64,000 bases of DNA from positions 1,035-65,034 of the forward strand of contig CAYLJE010000002.1 in assembly GCA_964383915.1 (NCBI GenBank), written 5' to 3'. The position numbers were made by a program, and so were the translations under genes. The stretch's first letter is position 1; each line of letters opens with the position of its first letter. The stretch comes from an uncultured Rikenellaceae bacterium. Its GTDB lineage: Bacteria > Bacteroidota > Bacteroidia > Bacteroidales > VadinHA17. A model generated the notes under the pieces. That model was not told the DNA's origin, did not search any database, and was given only the letters and a program-made list of their open reading frames with translations. Below are positions 39,927-50,923 of this stretch, piece by piece.

Positions 39927-41195
39927 ATGGCTGATAACTTTTACACCAAAAAAAGAAAAATTATTAATGATCCGGTATATGGGTTTATTCCGGTAGAGAA
40001 TCCGGTGTTGTTTGATTTATTGGAGCATCCCTATTTTCAGAGGTTACGCAGGATCAGACAACTTGGATTAACCTATCTGGTTTATCCGGGGGCTAATCAT
40101 ACAAGGTTCCAGCATAGTCTGGGTGCAGCTTATCTGATGACGCAGGCGATTCAATCTATACGCAGCAGAGAAATTGATATTACTGAAGAGGAGGCCTTTT
40201 CGGTTACGGCAGCTATTTTATTGCATGACATCGGGCATGGTCCGTTTTCTCATGCACTTGAAGAAACGATCATCAATGAGTTATCTCATGAGCAGCTATC
40301 GATTCTTTTTATGCAGCAGTTGAATGAAGAATTAGGGGGTCTGTTGGGAGAGGCGATACATATATTTCAGGGGAAGTACAAAAAAAAGTTTCTCAATCAA
40401 TTGGTATCGGGGCAGCTGGATATGGACAGACTGGATTATTTGCAGCGGGACAGTTATTTTACAGGGGTCTCGGAGGGGGTTATCGGGTTGGAACGGATCA
40501 TCAAAATGTTGAATGTGCGGAATGATGAGCTGGTAGTGGAAGAAAAGGGAATTTATTCTATAGAAAAATTTGTATTGGCCCGGCGCTTAATGTACTGGCA
40601 GGTATATTTCCATAAAACGGTCGTATCAGCCGAACAATTATTACTGAAAATATTAACCAGGGCATCCCAATTGGCACGGGCAGGCGTAGCTCTTTTTGTC
40701 ACGCCGGCACTGCATTATTTTCTTTATTCCTTATATTCTGTTAAAACCGTGGATACCCTGACTGCAAAAGGCAGGAAAGAATTACTTGATCGTTTTGCCT
40801 TATTGGATGATAACGATATCATCACTTCAGCAAAAGTTTGGTCTGAAGCGGAGGATCCGGTACTCTCACGGCTTTGCAAACAGTTGATTAACCGGAAGCT
40901 TTTACATATTGAGATACGAAACCATCCGTTTTCAAAAGAAAAGGTTGAGAATATCAGGAAAAGGATGAGGAGAGATACAGGATTTGATGAACTCGGCGTA
41001 TCCTATTTTGTTTTTACAAATACGATTAGCAATTTTGCATATTCTCCGGAAGATCATCAGATAAAGATTTTACGGAAAGACGAAATGATAAAAGATATTA
41101 CCGAAGTTTCTGAGATAATGAACCAGAATGTTATTTCAAAAATTGTTCAGAAACACATATTATGTTATCCTAAGGAATATACAAAGAATGTTTAA
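39927..41195 (+). CDS. HD domain-containing phosphohydrolase (dNTPase-like)
   Basis: 422 aa. RFQHSLG and LLHDIGHGPFSH HD motifs, DMDRLDYLQRD. Confidence 0.85.
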   Translation: MADNFYTKKRKIINDPVYGFIPVENPVLFDLLEHPYFQRLRRIRQLGLTYLVYPGANHTRFQHSLGAAYLMTQAIQSIRSREIDITEEEAFSVTAAILLHDIGHGPFSHALEETIINELSHEQLSILFMQQLNEELGGLLGEAIHIFQGKYKKKFLNQLVSGQLDMDRLDYLQRDSYFTGVSEGVIGLERIIKMLNVRNDELVVEEKGIYSIEKFVLARRLMYWQVYFHKTVVSAEQLLLKILTRASQLARAGVALFVTPALHYFLYSLYSVKTVDTLTAKGRKELLDRFALLDDNDIITSAKVWSEAEDPVLSRLCKQLINRKLLHIEIRNHPFSKEKVENIRKRMRRDTGFDELGVSYFVFTNTISNFAYSPEDHQIKILRKDEMIKDITEVSEIMNQNVISKIVQKHILCYPKEYTKNV

Positions 41196-41213
41196 ATTTA
41201 ACTTAAATTAATA

Positions 41214-42248
41214 ATGGAATATACGGTTCAAATGATTGCAGATCTTTTGAAGGGGGAAGTAGTTGGAGACGGAGATCAGATGTTACATGGTTTTGGAAAA
41301 ATAGAAGAAGCCAAACGCGGGGAACTTACTTTTTTATCAAATCCGGCATATACAAAATATGTATATACCACTCAGGCTACGGCGATTCTGGTAAATCGTG
41401 ATTTTGTCCCTGATAAGCCGGTAATCCCTGCGCTGATCCATGTAGATAATGCTTATGAATCACTGGCCAAATTACTTACATTGGTTGAACAAAATAAAGT
41501 GGTACCTGCAGAAATTCATACACTGGCCTATCTTGAAGATGGGGTTCATACCGGGGAAGATGTATATATTGGTCCTTTTGCTTATGTGGGGAAAAATGTG
41601 AATATTGGGAAAAATGTACGCATTTATCCTCATGTGTATGTAGGAGATGATGTCCGTATAGGTGAAGGTTCTGTTCTTTATCCGGGGGTTAAGATTTATC
41701 CGGAATGTGTCATTGGCAATCATTGTATTCTTCATGCAGGAAGTGTTATTGGATCGGATGGCTTTGGTTTTGCTCCTACCACGGGAAATGAATATGAAAA
41801 AATTCCGCAGATCGGAATCGTAGAGCTGGAGGATGATGTGGAAATCGGGGCCAACGTTACCATTGACAGAGCGACGATGGGTCGTACACTCATTAAAAGG
41901 GGTGTTAAATTAGATAACCTGATACAAATCGGCCATAATGTGGAGGTAGGTGAGCATACGGTTATAGCCGCCCAGACAGGAATCGCCGGTTCTACAAAGG
42001 TTGGGAAAGATTGTATGTTTGGAGGACAGGTGGGGATTAGCGGACATCTCAGGATAGCTGACGGGGTGAAGATCGCAGCAAAAACCGGCGTGCCTTCTTC
42101 GGTGAAAAAAGAAAATCTTATCATCGAAGGAATTCCGGCAATGCCAAAACTGGATTACCAGAGGTCTTTTATTTATTTTAAAAAACTTCCTGAACTGGTA
42201 AGGCGACTGGATGAATTGGAAAGAAAACTGGAAAATAAATCACAATAA
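41214..42248 (+). CDS. lpxD: UDP-3-O-(3-hydroxymyristoyl)glucosamine N-acyltransferase
   Basis: 344 aa. Left-handed beta-helix hexapeptide repeats with the LpxD N-terminal domain. Sits in the lpxD-lpxC/fabZ-lpxA cluster. Confidence 0.93.
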   Translation: MEYTVQMIADLLKGEVVGDGDQMLHGFGKIEEAKRGELTFLSNPAYTKYVYTTQATAILVNRDFVPDKPVIPALIHVDNAYESLAKLLTLVEQNKVVPAEIHTLAYLEDGVHTGEDVYIGPFAYVGKNVNIGKNVRIYPHVYVGDDVRIGEGSVLYPGVKIYPECVIGNHCILHAGSVIGSDGFGFAPTTGNEYEKIPQIGIVELEDDVEIGANVTIDRATMGRTLIKRGVKLDNLIQIGHNVEVGEHTVIAAQTGIAGSTKVGKDCMFGGQVGISGHLRIADGVKIAAKTGVPSSVKKENLIIEGIPAMPKLDYQRSFIYFKKLPELVRRLDELERKLENKSQ

Positions 42249-42375
42249 CAAGAACCGCTTGTTCATTGTGTACGGTCTGGAAATCATTATATTACAGGAA
42301 ATTGAAGCACGAGAATTTTGTTTTTTTGAATTTTTGTATCTTGCGCCCGATTTAGTAATTAAAGACAAATGATCT

Positions 42376-43782
42376 ATGGTGGAATTACAAAAAACATTAA
42401 AAAGTGAGGTTTCCCTTTCCGGAAATGGATTGCATAGCGGAATACATGTGACGTTAACCTTTAAACCAGCCCCGGCCAATTATGGATACGTTTTCATAAG
42501 AAAAGACCTTCCCGGTGAGCCATCCATTAAAGCCCTGGCTGAGCATGTGGCAGAAACAGTCAGAGGGACAACTCTCGAGCAAAACAATGCCCGGGTAGCT
42601 ACTATTGAACATGTACTGGCAGCACTGAACGGGATGAACATAGACAATGCCCTGATTGAGTTAGACGGGCCCGAAGCTCCTATAATGGATGGGAGCTCAC
42701 TGAAATATGTTGAAGCGATCAAAAAAGCCGGAGTTATTGAGTTAGAGGAAGAAAAGGATTATTTTGTCGTAAAGGAGAAAATCGCTTATTCCGATGAAGA
42801 ACAGGGTGTGGATTTGATGATCTACCCGGATGATCATTTGAGCATCAATGTTTTAATAGATTATAACTCAAGGGTCCTCGGGAACCAGTATGCTATATTA
42901 AATCATCGGAAAGATTTTGAGAAGGATATTGCCATGTCACGGACTTTTGTGTTTTTTCACGAGTTGGAAGGACTGGCCAGGCAAAACAAAATCAAGGGAG
43001 GGAATCTGGATAATGCCATTGTGATTCTGGACAGAAAGGTAGAACAAGCTGAAATTGACCGGATAGCGGATATATTTCACAAACCTCATATTAAAGCCAA
43101 CTCGGAAGGAGTTCTAAATAATATTGACCTTCATTTTCCAAATGAACCGGCCCGTCATAAACTGCTTGACCTGATGGGCGATATTGCATTGGTGGGAAAA
43201 CCCCTGAAAGGAAAGATCGTGGCCACACGACCCGGACATACGGCAAATGCTGAATTTGCGAGAATGATACGTCGGACAATCAAAAAAGAAAAAGCGCAAA
43301 AGGATATTCCTGTTTATAACCCCAATGTGCCACCGGTTATGGATATAATGGAAATACGTACCAAATTACCTCACAGATATCCTTTTCTTCTGGTGGATAA
43401 AATACTTCATCTAGATAAAGAAAGTGTGATTGGTTTAAAAAATCTTACATATGATGAGTTGTTTTTTCAGGGGCATTTTCCGGAAGAACCATTGATGCCC
43501 GGGGTACTGCAAATTGAGTTCATGGCTCAGGTGGGAGGCATGCTGGTACTTCAGTCAGTTCCCAATCCGGAAAATTACTCTACTTATTTTTTGAGAATTG
43601 ATAAAGTTAAATTTAAAAATAAAGTAATTCCCGGGGATACCCTTATTGCAAAACTGGTTTTGACAAGCCCCATGAGGCATGGGATTGTAAGTGTGTTTGG
43701 ACAAGCATTCGTGGGAAATAAGTTGATTGTGGAAGGAGAAATGACAGCCCAAATATATCAAAACAAGAAGAATGATTCATAA
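42376..43782 (+). CDS. lpxC/fabZ: bifunctional UDP-3-O-acyl-GlcNAc deacetylase / 3-hydroxyacyl-ACP dehydratase
   Basis: 468 aa. The N-terminal LpxC part (TLEQNNARVATIEHVLAAL, HKLLDLMGD) is fused to a C-terminal FabZ hot-dog part (LPHRYPFLLVDKI, FFQGHFPEEPLMPGVL). This fusion is typical of Bacteroidota. Confidence 0.93.
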   Translation: MVELQKTLKSEVSLSGNGLHSGIHVTLTFKPAPANYGYVFIRKDLPGEPSIKALAEHVAETVRGTTLEQNNARVATIEHVLAALNGMNIDNALIELDGPEAPIMDGSSLKYVEAIKKAGVIELEEEKDYFVVKEKIAYSDEEQGVDLMIYPDDHLSINVLIDYNSRVLGNQYAILNHRKDFEKDIAMSRTFVFFHELEGLARQNKIKGGNLDNAIVILDRKVEQAEIDRIADIFHKPHIKANSEGVLNNIDLHFPNEPARHKLLDLMGDIALVGKPLKGKIVATRPGHTANAEFARMIRRTIKKEKAQKDIPVYNPNVPPVMDIMEIRTKLPHRYPFLLVDKILHLDKESVIGLKNLTYDELFFQGHFPEEPLMPGVLQIEFMAQVGGMLVLQSVPNPENYSTYFLRIDKVKFKNKVIPGDTLIAKLVLTSPMRHGIVSVFGQAFVGNKLIVEGEMTAQIYQNKKNDS

Positions 43783-44548
43783 ACTGGCAGATATTCACCC
43801 CCATGCTTTAATCGGTAAAAATGTTTCCATCGGACCTTTTAGTTCGATTGCCGATGATGTACAAATTGGAAATAGTACCTGGATAGGTCCAAGTGTTACC
43901 ATTATGGAAGGGACACGTATCGGCAAGAACTGTCGTGTTTTTCCCGGAGCAGTTATTGGGGCCATCCCTCAGGATATGAAGTTTGAAGGAGAAAAAACGA
44001 CGGTAGAAATCGGAGATGATACCACTGTTCGTGAATTTGTTACCATAAACAGGGGAACAAAAGCTGCCTGGAAAACAGTAGTAGGGAACCATACCCTGTT
44101 AATGGCCTATGTCCACATCGCTCACGACTGTGATATAGGAAACCATTGCATTCTTGTAAATAATACTACTCTGGCAGGAGAGGTGAAAGTACATGATTGG
44201 GCTATTCTCTCCGGGGCCACCCTGGTCCATCAATTTGTACATATAGGGGTTCATGTGATTGTGGGAGGAGGTGCAAAAGTGAGAAAAGATGTGCCTCCTT
44301 ATGTTAAAGCCGATCGTGAACCGCTCAGTTATATGGGCGTGAATTCAGTGGGTCTTCGTCGCCGGGGTTTTTCCAATGAGAAAATTAATGAAATCCTGGA
44401 CATCTATCGTACTATCTTTCTGAAAGGTCTGACAGTATCCCAGGCACTGGAGGTTATCGAACAAGATTACCAACCTTCGACAGAACGGGATGAGATACTT
44501 ACTTTTATTAAAAACTCAAACCGCGGGATTATTCGCAGCAGCGTGTAA
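43772..44548 (+). CDS. lpxA: acyl-ACP--UDP-N-acetylglucosamine O-acyltransferase
   Basis: 258 aa. Hexapeptide repeats plus the LpxA C-terminal helical domain (NSVGLRRRGFS). 11-nt overlap with the upstream gene. Confidence 0.94.
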   Translation: MIHKLADIHPHALIGKNVSIGPFSSIADDVQIGNSTWIGPSVTIMEGTRIGKNCRVFPGAVIGAIPQDMKFEGEKTTVEIGDDTTVREFVTINRGTKAAWKTVVGNHTLLMAYVHIAHDCDIGNHCILVNNTTLAGEVKVHDWAILSGATLVHQFVHIGVHVIVGGGAKVRKDVPPYVKADREPLSYMGVNSVGLRRRGFSNEKINEILDIYRTIFLKGLTVSQALEVIEQDYQPSTERDEILTFIKNSNRGIIRSSV

Positions 44549-44634
44549 TTATATACCCCCTGTTATCATATGGTTGACAGTTTAGCTCTATCTTAATACT
44601 TCGATCCTGCTTTGGATTTCAAACATTGACGATA

Positions 44635-45693
44635 TTATTCTTTTTTTTCTTGTTCCGGAAAGGAATTCCACCCCTGTGCTTTCAAATCAATCTCTTCACC
44701 GGCATTTGTAACCAAATAGAAACCTTCGGAAATATCTGTCATAAAACCTATGGGATGGATCATGGTAGTTTTTCCAATTTTTTCAAAATCTGTTGCCGGC
44801 AGTGTAAATAACAATTCATAATCTTCTCCTCCGTTTAAGGCAGCAATGAATGGTTCTAACTGCATCTCTTCGGCCGTTGTGTATGTTTCCTGAACGATGG
44901 GTATCTTATCCTGATAAATGCGACATCCCGTTTCCGAATGATGACACAAATGTAACAAATCGGAGGAGAGACCGTCTGAAATATCAATCATCGAAGTAGG
45001 CCGTATTTGCTTTTCCCTGAAAAAACGAATGATATCACGCCGGGCTTCCGGCTTTAATTGTCGTCCAACAATATATTCATATTTTGAAAGATCAGGCTCA
45101 AAAGAGACATCTTCCTGAAATAGTTTATTTTCCCGTTTGAGTATCTGAAGCCCCATATAAGCCCCCCCCAGGTCTCCGGATACACAGATTACATCATGCT
45201 TCCCTGACCCACCGCGATATGTTAGTTCCTCTTTTGAAGCTCTTCCGATAGCAGTAATACTGATAACCATCCCGGTATAGGAAGAAGTTGTGTCCCCCCC
45301 TACCAAATCCACCCCATATCGTTCACAGGCAAGACGGATCCCTTCATATAACGATTCGAGGTGTTCTACTTTGAATTTGCCGGAAATCCCTATGGAAACC
45401 GTAATCTGCCGGGGTTCGGCATTCATGGCATAAACGTCCGAGAGATTAACAACCACTGCTTTGTACCCCAAGTGTTTAAGGGGGGTATACATTAGATCAA
45501 AATGAACTCCTTCCATTAACAAATCGGTGGTGATTACCATTTGCCGATTACGGGGAGAGATAACGGCTGCATCGTCCCCGATCCCTGTTTTTGTTTCGGC
45601 GTTCTTTAATGAAAATGACCGGGTCAAATGTGAAATTAATCCGAATTCACCATATTCAGAAATATCCGTTCCTTTATTGGTTGTAGAAAACAT
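44635..45693 (-). CDS. thiL: thiamine-monophosphate kinase
   Basis: 352 aa. AIR-synthase-related fold with the GIGDDAAVI N-terminal motif and GGDTT. Confidence 0.85.
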   Translation of the reverse strand: MFSTTNKGTDISEYGEFGLISHLTRSFSLKNAETKTGIGDDAAVISPRNRQMVITTDLLMEGVHFDLMYTPLKHLGYKAVVVNLSDVYAMNAEPRQITVSIGISGKFKVEHLESLYEGIRLACERYGVDLVGGDTTSSYTGMVISITAIGRASKEELTYRGGSGKHDVICVSGDLGGAYMGLQILKRENKLFQEDVSFEPDLSKYEYIVGRQLKPEARRDIIRFFREKQIRPTSMIDISDGLSSDLLHLCHHSETGCRIYQDKIPIVQETYTTAEEMQLEPFIAALNGGEDYELLFTLPATDFEKIGKTTMIHPIGFMTDISEGFYLVTNAGEEIDLKAQGWNSFPEQEKKE

Positions 45694-45817
45694 TTTGATT
45701 TCCTGTTTCGGGTTTATTTATGACAAAAATATGATTAAGATAGTTGAAAAATATTTATCTTTGCGCTCTTAATTAGATTAAGTAAAAATAAGATTCTTGT
45801 TTTTACGATACAAAGAT

Positions 45818-47269
45818 ATGGAAAAAGATCAGGATAAAATATTATTAAAAGAGGTAACGGAGAATGAATACAAGTATGGGTTTGTAACCAATATAGAGAC
45901 TGATCAGTTGCCCAGAGGACTGAATGAGGAGATTGTCAGAGGAATATCCGGGAAGAATGAAGAACCTGATTTTATATTAAAATATCGTTTAAAGGCTTTC
46001 AGACATTGGTTGAAAATGGTGAAACCCCGTTGGGCCCACCTGCAGATACCTGATATTGATTTTCAGAATATTATCTATTATTCAGCCCCTAAGCAAAAAC
46101 CTGCTTATGAGCGTCTGGAGGAAGTAGATCCGGAAATACTTAATACTTATGAGAGACTTGGCATCCCGCTGGAAGAACAAAAACATCTGACTGGTGTGGC
46201 TGTAGATGCCATCATGGATAGTGTTTCGGTAAAGACCACTTTTCAGGATATACTGGCTGAACTCGGAATTATTTTTTGTCCGATGGATGAAGCCATACGT
46301 AAGTATCCGGATCTTATCAGGAAATACATGGGGACTGTAATTCCTTATACTGACAATTATTATGCTGCACTCAATGCTGCTGTTTTTAGCGGGGGTTCTT
46401 TTTGCTATATCCCGAAAGGAGTACATTGTCCCATGGAACTTTCTTCCTATATCAGACTCAATGCTGCCGGAGTGGGTCAATTCGAACGATCATTGATTAT
46501 TGCTGATGAAGACAGTTATGTGAGCTATTTGGAAGGATGTACTGCCCCGATACGGGATAAGATTCAGTTACATGCCGGTCTTGTTGAGCTGGTTGCTCTG
46601 GAAAATGCAGAAATAAAATTCTCCGGGATACAGAATTGGTACCCTGGTAATAAAGAAGGGAGAGGAGGGGTCTTTAATTTTGCCAATAAGCGGGGGATAT
46701 GTAAAGGAAATCACTCTAAGATATTGTGGGTACTCATCTCGAATGGGTCGGCTATATCCTGGGAATATCCGAGTACAATATTAAAAGGAGATCATACCAG
46801 TTCAGAATTTTATTCAGTGGCGGTGACCAATAATTATCAACAAGCGGATACTGGAAGCAAAATGATACATATTGGAAAAAACACGAGCAGTACAATTGTT
46901 TCCAAAGGGATATCTGCCGGATATGGCAGTAATAGTTATCGGGGATTGGTTAAAGTGTCAGAAGGGGCAGAAAATGCAAGAAATTTTTCGCAATGTGATT
47001 CGCTACTTATAGGATCCCGGTGTGATGCAGATACTTTTCCCTATATTGAGGTGGGCAATAACTCAGCCATCGTTGAACATGAAGCAACTACTTCGAAAAT
47101 AGGGGAAGATCAGATCTTTTATTTCAATCAGCGTGGGATCTCTTCAGCAGATGCCATTGAGATGATTGTTACAGGATATGCGCAGGACGTGCTGGAGAAG
47201 CTGCCAATGGAATTTGCCCTTGAGGCTCGTAAGCTCTTGCAGATTAGTCTGGAAGGGAGCATCGGATAA
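45818..47269 (+). CDS. SufB paralog (diverged upstream copy)
   Basis: Alignable over its full length to the following sufB. It retains SYLEGCTAP and [14 protein letters not shown]. It differs at normally conserved stretches ([18 protein letters not shown] versus [18 protein letters not shown]; [11 protein letters not shown] versus [11 protein letters not shown]). The likely start is ATG 45818; the ORF track uses TTG 45797. Confidence 0.85.
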   Translation: MEKDQDKILLKEVTENEYKYGFVTNIETDQLPRGLNEEIVRGISGKNEEPDFILKYRLKAFRHWLKMVKPRWAHLQIPDIDFQNIIYYSAPKQKPAYERLEEVDPEILNTYERLGIPLEEQKHLTGVAVDAIMDSVSVKTTFQDILAELGIIFCPMDEAIRKYPDLIRKYMGTVIPYTDNYYAALNAAVFSGGSFCYIPKGVHCPMELSSYIRLNAAGVGQFERSLIIADEDSYVSYLEGCTAPIRDKIQLHAGLVELVALENAEIKFSGIQNWYPGNKEGRGGVFNFANKRGICKGNHSKILWVLISNGSAISWEYPSTILKGDHTSSEFYSVAVTNNYQQADTGSKMIHIGKNTSSTIVSKGISAGYGSNSYRGLVKVSEGAENARNFSQCDSLLIGSRCDADTFPYIEVGNNSAIVEHEATTSKIGEDQIFYFNQRGISSADAIEMIVTGYAQDVLEKLPMEFALEARKLLQISLEGSIG

Positions 47270-47294
47270 TTTATTTCTTTAAGCTGGATAGGAT

Positions 47295-48743
47295 ATGGAG
47301 AAAAAACAGAATAAGATAATACAGAATATCACAGAGAATGATTACAAATATGGATTTGTAACGGATATTGGGGCTGAGCCATTTCCTAAAGGATTGGACG
47401 AGCATGTTGTGCGGGAGATATGGAAAAGAAAAAAGGAACCTGACTTTATGTTGGATTTTCGTTTGAAAGCTTTCCGGCAATGGCAAAATATGGAAATGCC
47501 CCATTGGGCACATCTGAAAATACCGGAAATTGATTATCAGGATATAATCTATTATTCTGTGCCTACCCGGAAAAAAACTCAGGGAAATATGGAGGAGATA
47601 GATCCCGAACTGCTCAGTACCTTTGAGAAGTTGGGCATCCCGTTGGAAGAGCAAAAAAAATTAGTCGGAGTAGCCGTTGATGCGGTGATGGATAGCGCCT
47701 CGGTAAAGACTACTTTTCAGGAAACACTGGCCGAACAGGGAATCATTTTTTGTTCGATGAGCGATGCTATTCGTAACTATCCTGACTTGGTGCGAAAATA
47801 CATAGGAAGCGTGGTCCCATACACGGATAATTATTTTGCAGCGCTTAACTCGGCTGTATTCGGAGATGGTTCTTTCTGTTATATTCCCAAAGGGGTCCGT
47901 TGTCCAATGGAACTATCCACTTATTTCCGGATCAATGCAGCGAATACCGGGCAATTTGAGCGAACGTTGATCATAGCGAATGAGGACAGTTACGTTAGTT
48001 ATCTGGAGGGATGTACTGCTCCCATGCGGGATGAAAATCAGCTTCATGCCGCCATTGTGGAGATTATTGCTATGGATAATGCGGAGGTAAAATATTCTAC
48101 GGTACAAAACTGGTACCCGGGAGATAAAAAAGGCAAAGGAGGGATATTTAACTTTGTGACAAAAAGGGGAGTATGCAAAGGGAGTTACTCTAAAATCTCC
48201 TGGACTCAGGTGGAAACAGGCTCTGCTATAACCTGGAAATATCCGAGTACCATTCTGAAAGGGGATCACTCCACAGCCGAATTTTATTCCGTCGCAGTAA
48301 CCAACAATTACCAGCAGGCAGATACCGGAACCAAGATGATACACATCGGTAAAAACACAAAAAGCACGATTGTCTCCAAGGGAATATCCGCCGGCTTCAG
48401 CAATAACAGTTACCGGGGGCTTGTTAAAGTCGTCAAGGTAGCAGAACATGCACGGAACTATTCCCAGTGTGATTCCCTGTTGATTGGGGACCAGTGTGGG
48501 GCTCATACGTTTCCTTATCTGGACGCGGACAATAAGACAGCCGTCGTGGAACATGAAGCAACTACTTCCAAGATCGGCGAAGATCAGATTTTCTATTGTA
48601 ACCAGCGTGGAATATCTACAGAAGATGCCATTGGTATGATTGTAAACGGTTATGCCCGTGAAGTATTGAATAAACTTCCGATGGAATTTGCTGTAGAAGC
48701 GCAGAAACTCCTCCAAATTAGTCTGGAAGGAAGCGTGGGATAA
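47295..48743 (+). CDS. sufB: Fe-S cluster assembly scaffold protein SufB
   Basis: 482 aa. The canonical motifs [36 protein letters not shown] and [22 protein letters not shown] closely match E. coli SufB as I recall it. Confidence 0.95.
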   Translation: MEKKQNKIIQNITENDYKYGFVTDIGAEPFPKGLDEHVVREIWKRKKEPDFMLDFRLKAFRQWQNMEMPHWAHLKIPEIDYQDIIYYSVPTRKKTQGNMEEIDPELLSTFEKLGIPLEEQKKLVGVAVDAVMDSASVKTTFQETLAEQGIIFCSMSDAIRNYPDLVRKYIGSVVPYTDNYFAALNSAVFGDGSFCYIPKGVRCPMELSTYFRINAANTGQFERTLIIANEDSYVSYLEGCTAPMRDENQLHAAIVEIIAMDNAEVKYSTVQNWYPGDKKGKGGIFNFVTKRGVCKGSYSKISWTQVETGSAITWKYPSTILKGDHSTAEFYSVAVTNNYQQADTGTKMIHIGKNTKSTIVSKGISAGFSNNSYRGLVKVVKVAEHARNYSQCDSLLIGDQCGAHTFPYLDADNKTAVVEHEATTSKIGEDQIFYCNQRGISTEDAIGMIVNGYAREVLNKLPMEFAVEAQKLLQISLEGSVG

Positions 48744-48773
48744 AAAATGTTATAGATTTTAAAACTTACTTAT

Positions 48774-49544
48774 ATGTTAGAGATAAAAGATTTACATGGA
48801 AAAATAGAAGGGAAGGAAATATTGAAGGGGATTGATCTGAAAGTAAATCCCGGAGAAGTGCATGCCATTATGGGGCCAAATGGGTCGGGGAAAAGTACCC
48901 TGGCATCGACAATCGTTGGAAGGGATTATGTTGAGATCACGGAAGGAAAGATCCTTTATTTCGGAGAAGATCTGACACTACTGACTCCGGAGGAACGGGC
49001 CCTGAAAGGAATTTTTCTGAGTTTTCAGTATCCGGTGGAAATCCCGGGGGTGAGTATGGTTAATTTTCTTCGGGCAGCCGTCAATGAACAACGGAAATAT
49101 CGGAGAGAGCAGCCGATGTCACCGTCCGATTTCCTAAAGATGATGCGGGAAAAGAAAAAACTTGTAGGTATTGACTCAGGCCTTACCACCCGTTCGGTAA
49201 ATGAGGGATTCTCCGGTGGTGAAAAAAAGAAAAACGAGATTTTTCAGATGGCCATACTGGAGCCGCGTCTGGCCATTCTTGATGAAACGGACTCCGGTTT
49301 GGATATTGATGCTTTGCGCGTTGTGGCACAGGGAGTCAATGCGCTGAAACGACCGGATAATGCTACCATTGTTATTACCCATTACCAGCGTCTGCTGAAT
49401 TATATCGTACCGGATTTTGTACATGTTCTTTATAAAGGGAAAATTATAAAATCTGGTGGAAAAGACCTGGCATTGGTTCTGGAAGAAAAAGGATATGACT
49501 GGTTGAGAGAAGATTATGAAAACAGTTTGAACAAGTTGCTATGA
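48774..49544 (+). CDS. sufC: Fe-S cluster assembly ATPase SufC
   Basis: 256 aa. Walker A GPNGSGKST, signature FSGGEKKKNE, Walker B AILDETDSGLD. Confidence 0.96.
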   Translation: MLEIKDLHGKIEGKEILKGIDLKVNPGEVHAIMGPNGSGKSTLASTIVGRDYVEITEGKILYFGEDLTLLTPEERALKGIFLSFQYPVEIPGVSMVNFLRAAVNEQRKYRREQPMSPSDFLKMMREKKKLVGIDSGLTTRSVNEGFSGGEKKKNEIFQMAILEPRLAILDETDSGLDIDALRVVAQGVNALKRPDNATIVITHYQRLLNYIVPDFVHVLYKGKIIKSGGKDLALVLEEKGYDWLREDYENSLNKLL

Positions 49545-50911
49545 TGTTGGTAGAAAAGGTATTGCCCGCAAATCCTGATATCAGGATACTGAAACGCTTT
49601 GAATCCTTGGCACGGGGGGATAAGGTAGATCCTTTACTGGATCCCATCCGTAGAAGAGCCACGGAACAATTTATGAAGATAGGTATTCCGGGTAGAAAAG
49701 ACGAAAATTATAAATACACGGATATACGTAAGGTAATGGGGAAAAAGTATGAGCCTTTGCTGACCCCCTATCATCGTGATTTCAGACTCGAAGAAATATT
49801 CCGGTGCGATATTCTTTCACTGAATACACATTTTTTCACGGTGCTTAATGGCTTCTTTTTTGAAAAACAGAAGACCCTGACGGAACTTCCCGGTGGTGTG
49901 TTGGCAGGAGGGTTCAGACAGGCTCTCCGGCAGGTTCCCGAATTGATGAAACCTTATCTGGACCAATACAGCCAAGAAAGCATGGATGGTCTGGTAGCGC
50001 TGAACAGAGCTTTTGCTTCAGACGGTTTTTTCTTGTATGTCCCTGAGGACGTTGTGATGGACAAACCCGTGCAGGTGGTCAATCTCATCAAAAGTGATCA
50101 GGATATTATGGTTCAACACAGGAGTCTGGTAATCATTGGGAAAAATGCACAAGCCAGTCTGTTGATCTGTGATCACGCATTGTCTGAAAAGAATTTTTTG
50201 TCTAATGCCCTGACGGAAATCTACATGGAAGAGAATAGTTCATTGCAGATGACCAAGTTGCAAAATGAACATAATTCTATGTCAGATATCTCACATCTGT
50301 TTATTAGTCAGGAAAAAAACAGCAGGGTTTGGACCAATACCGTATCCTTGCATGGAGGGATGATACGGAATAATATGAATGTGCGTCTGCAGGGAGAAGG
50401 CGCAGAAAACCATGCTTTTGGGTTATTTCTGATGGACAGAAATCAACATGTGGACAATTCGGTGTTCATTGATCATGTTGTTCCGCACTGTTTTAGTAAC
50501 CAGTTATACAAAGGAGTACTTGACGATGAGGCTACGGGCGCCTTTGAAGGAAAAATACTGGTCCGTCCCCATGCCCAGAAAACCGAGGCATATCAGGTGA
50601 ATAAAAATATCCTGCTCACCGACAATGCAAAGATGAATATAAAACCACAACTGGAAATCTATGCCGATGATGTGAAATGCACTCATGGCGCGACGATAGG
50701 ACAGTTGGATGAAGAAGCTATGTTTTATTTGCGTTCGCGTGGTATCCCTGAGAATGAGGCCCGGTTACTTTTAATGTATGCTTTTGCGCACGAAGTGATC
50801 AGAGAGATCAAAATTGAGCCGCTGCAAGACCGGATCCGTGAGCTGGTGGATAAAAGATTGCGGGGGGAACTTCCCCGGTGTCATACCTGTCTGGTTGATT
50901 ATGAGAACTAA
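49541..50911 (+). CDS. sufD: Fe-S cluster assembly protein SufD
   Basis: 456 aa. SufB/SufD-family beta-helix C-terminal region (LEIYADDVKCTHGATIGQLDEEAMFYLRSRGI). 4-nt overlap with sufC. Confidence 0.92.
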   Translation: MMLVEKVLPANPDIRILKRFESLARGDKVDPLLDPIRRRATEQFMKIGIPGRKDENYKYTDIRKVMGKKYEPLLTPYHRDFRLEEIFRCDILSLNTHFFTVLNGFFFEKQKTLTELPGGVLAGGFRQALRQVPELMKPYLDQYSQESMDGLVALNRAFASDGFFLYVPEDVVMDKPVQVVNLIKSDQDIMVQHRSLVIIGKNAQASLLICDHALSEKNFLSNALTEIYMEENSSLQMTKLQNEHNSMSDISHLFISQEKNSRVWTNTVSLHGGMIRNNMNVRLQGEGAENHAFGLFLMDRNQHVDNSVFIDHVVPHCFSNQLYKGVLDDEATGAFEGKILVRPHAQKTEAYQVNKNILLTDNAKMNIKPQLEIYADDVKCTHGATIGQLDEEAMFYLRSRGIPENEARLLLMYAFAHEVIREIKIEPLQDRIRELVDKRLRGELPRCHTCLVDYEN

Positions 50912-50923
50912 AAAACCTGTTAT

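Noticed and set aside
47913-48716. 267-aa ORF antisense to sufB (a similar 132-aa one lies antisense to the upstream paralog)
   Set aside because: It is antisense to a canonical SufB and has no motifs. The open frame is explained by the codon bias of the sense gene.
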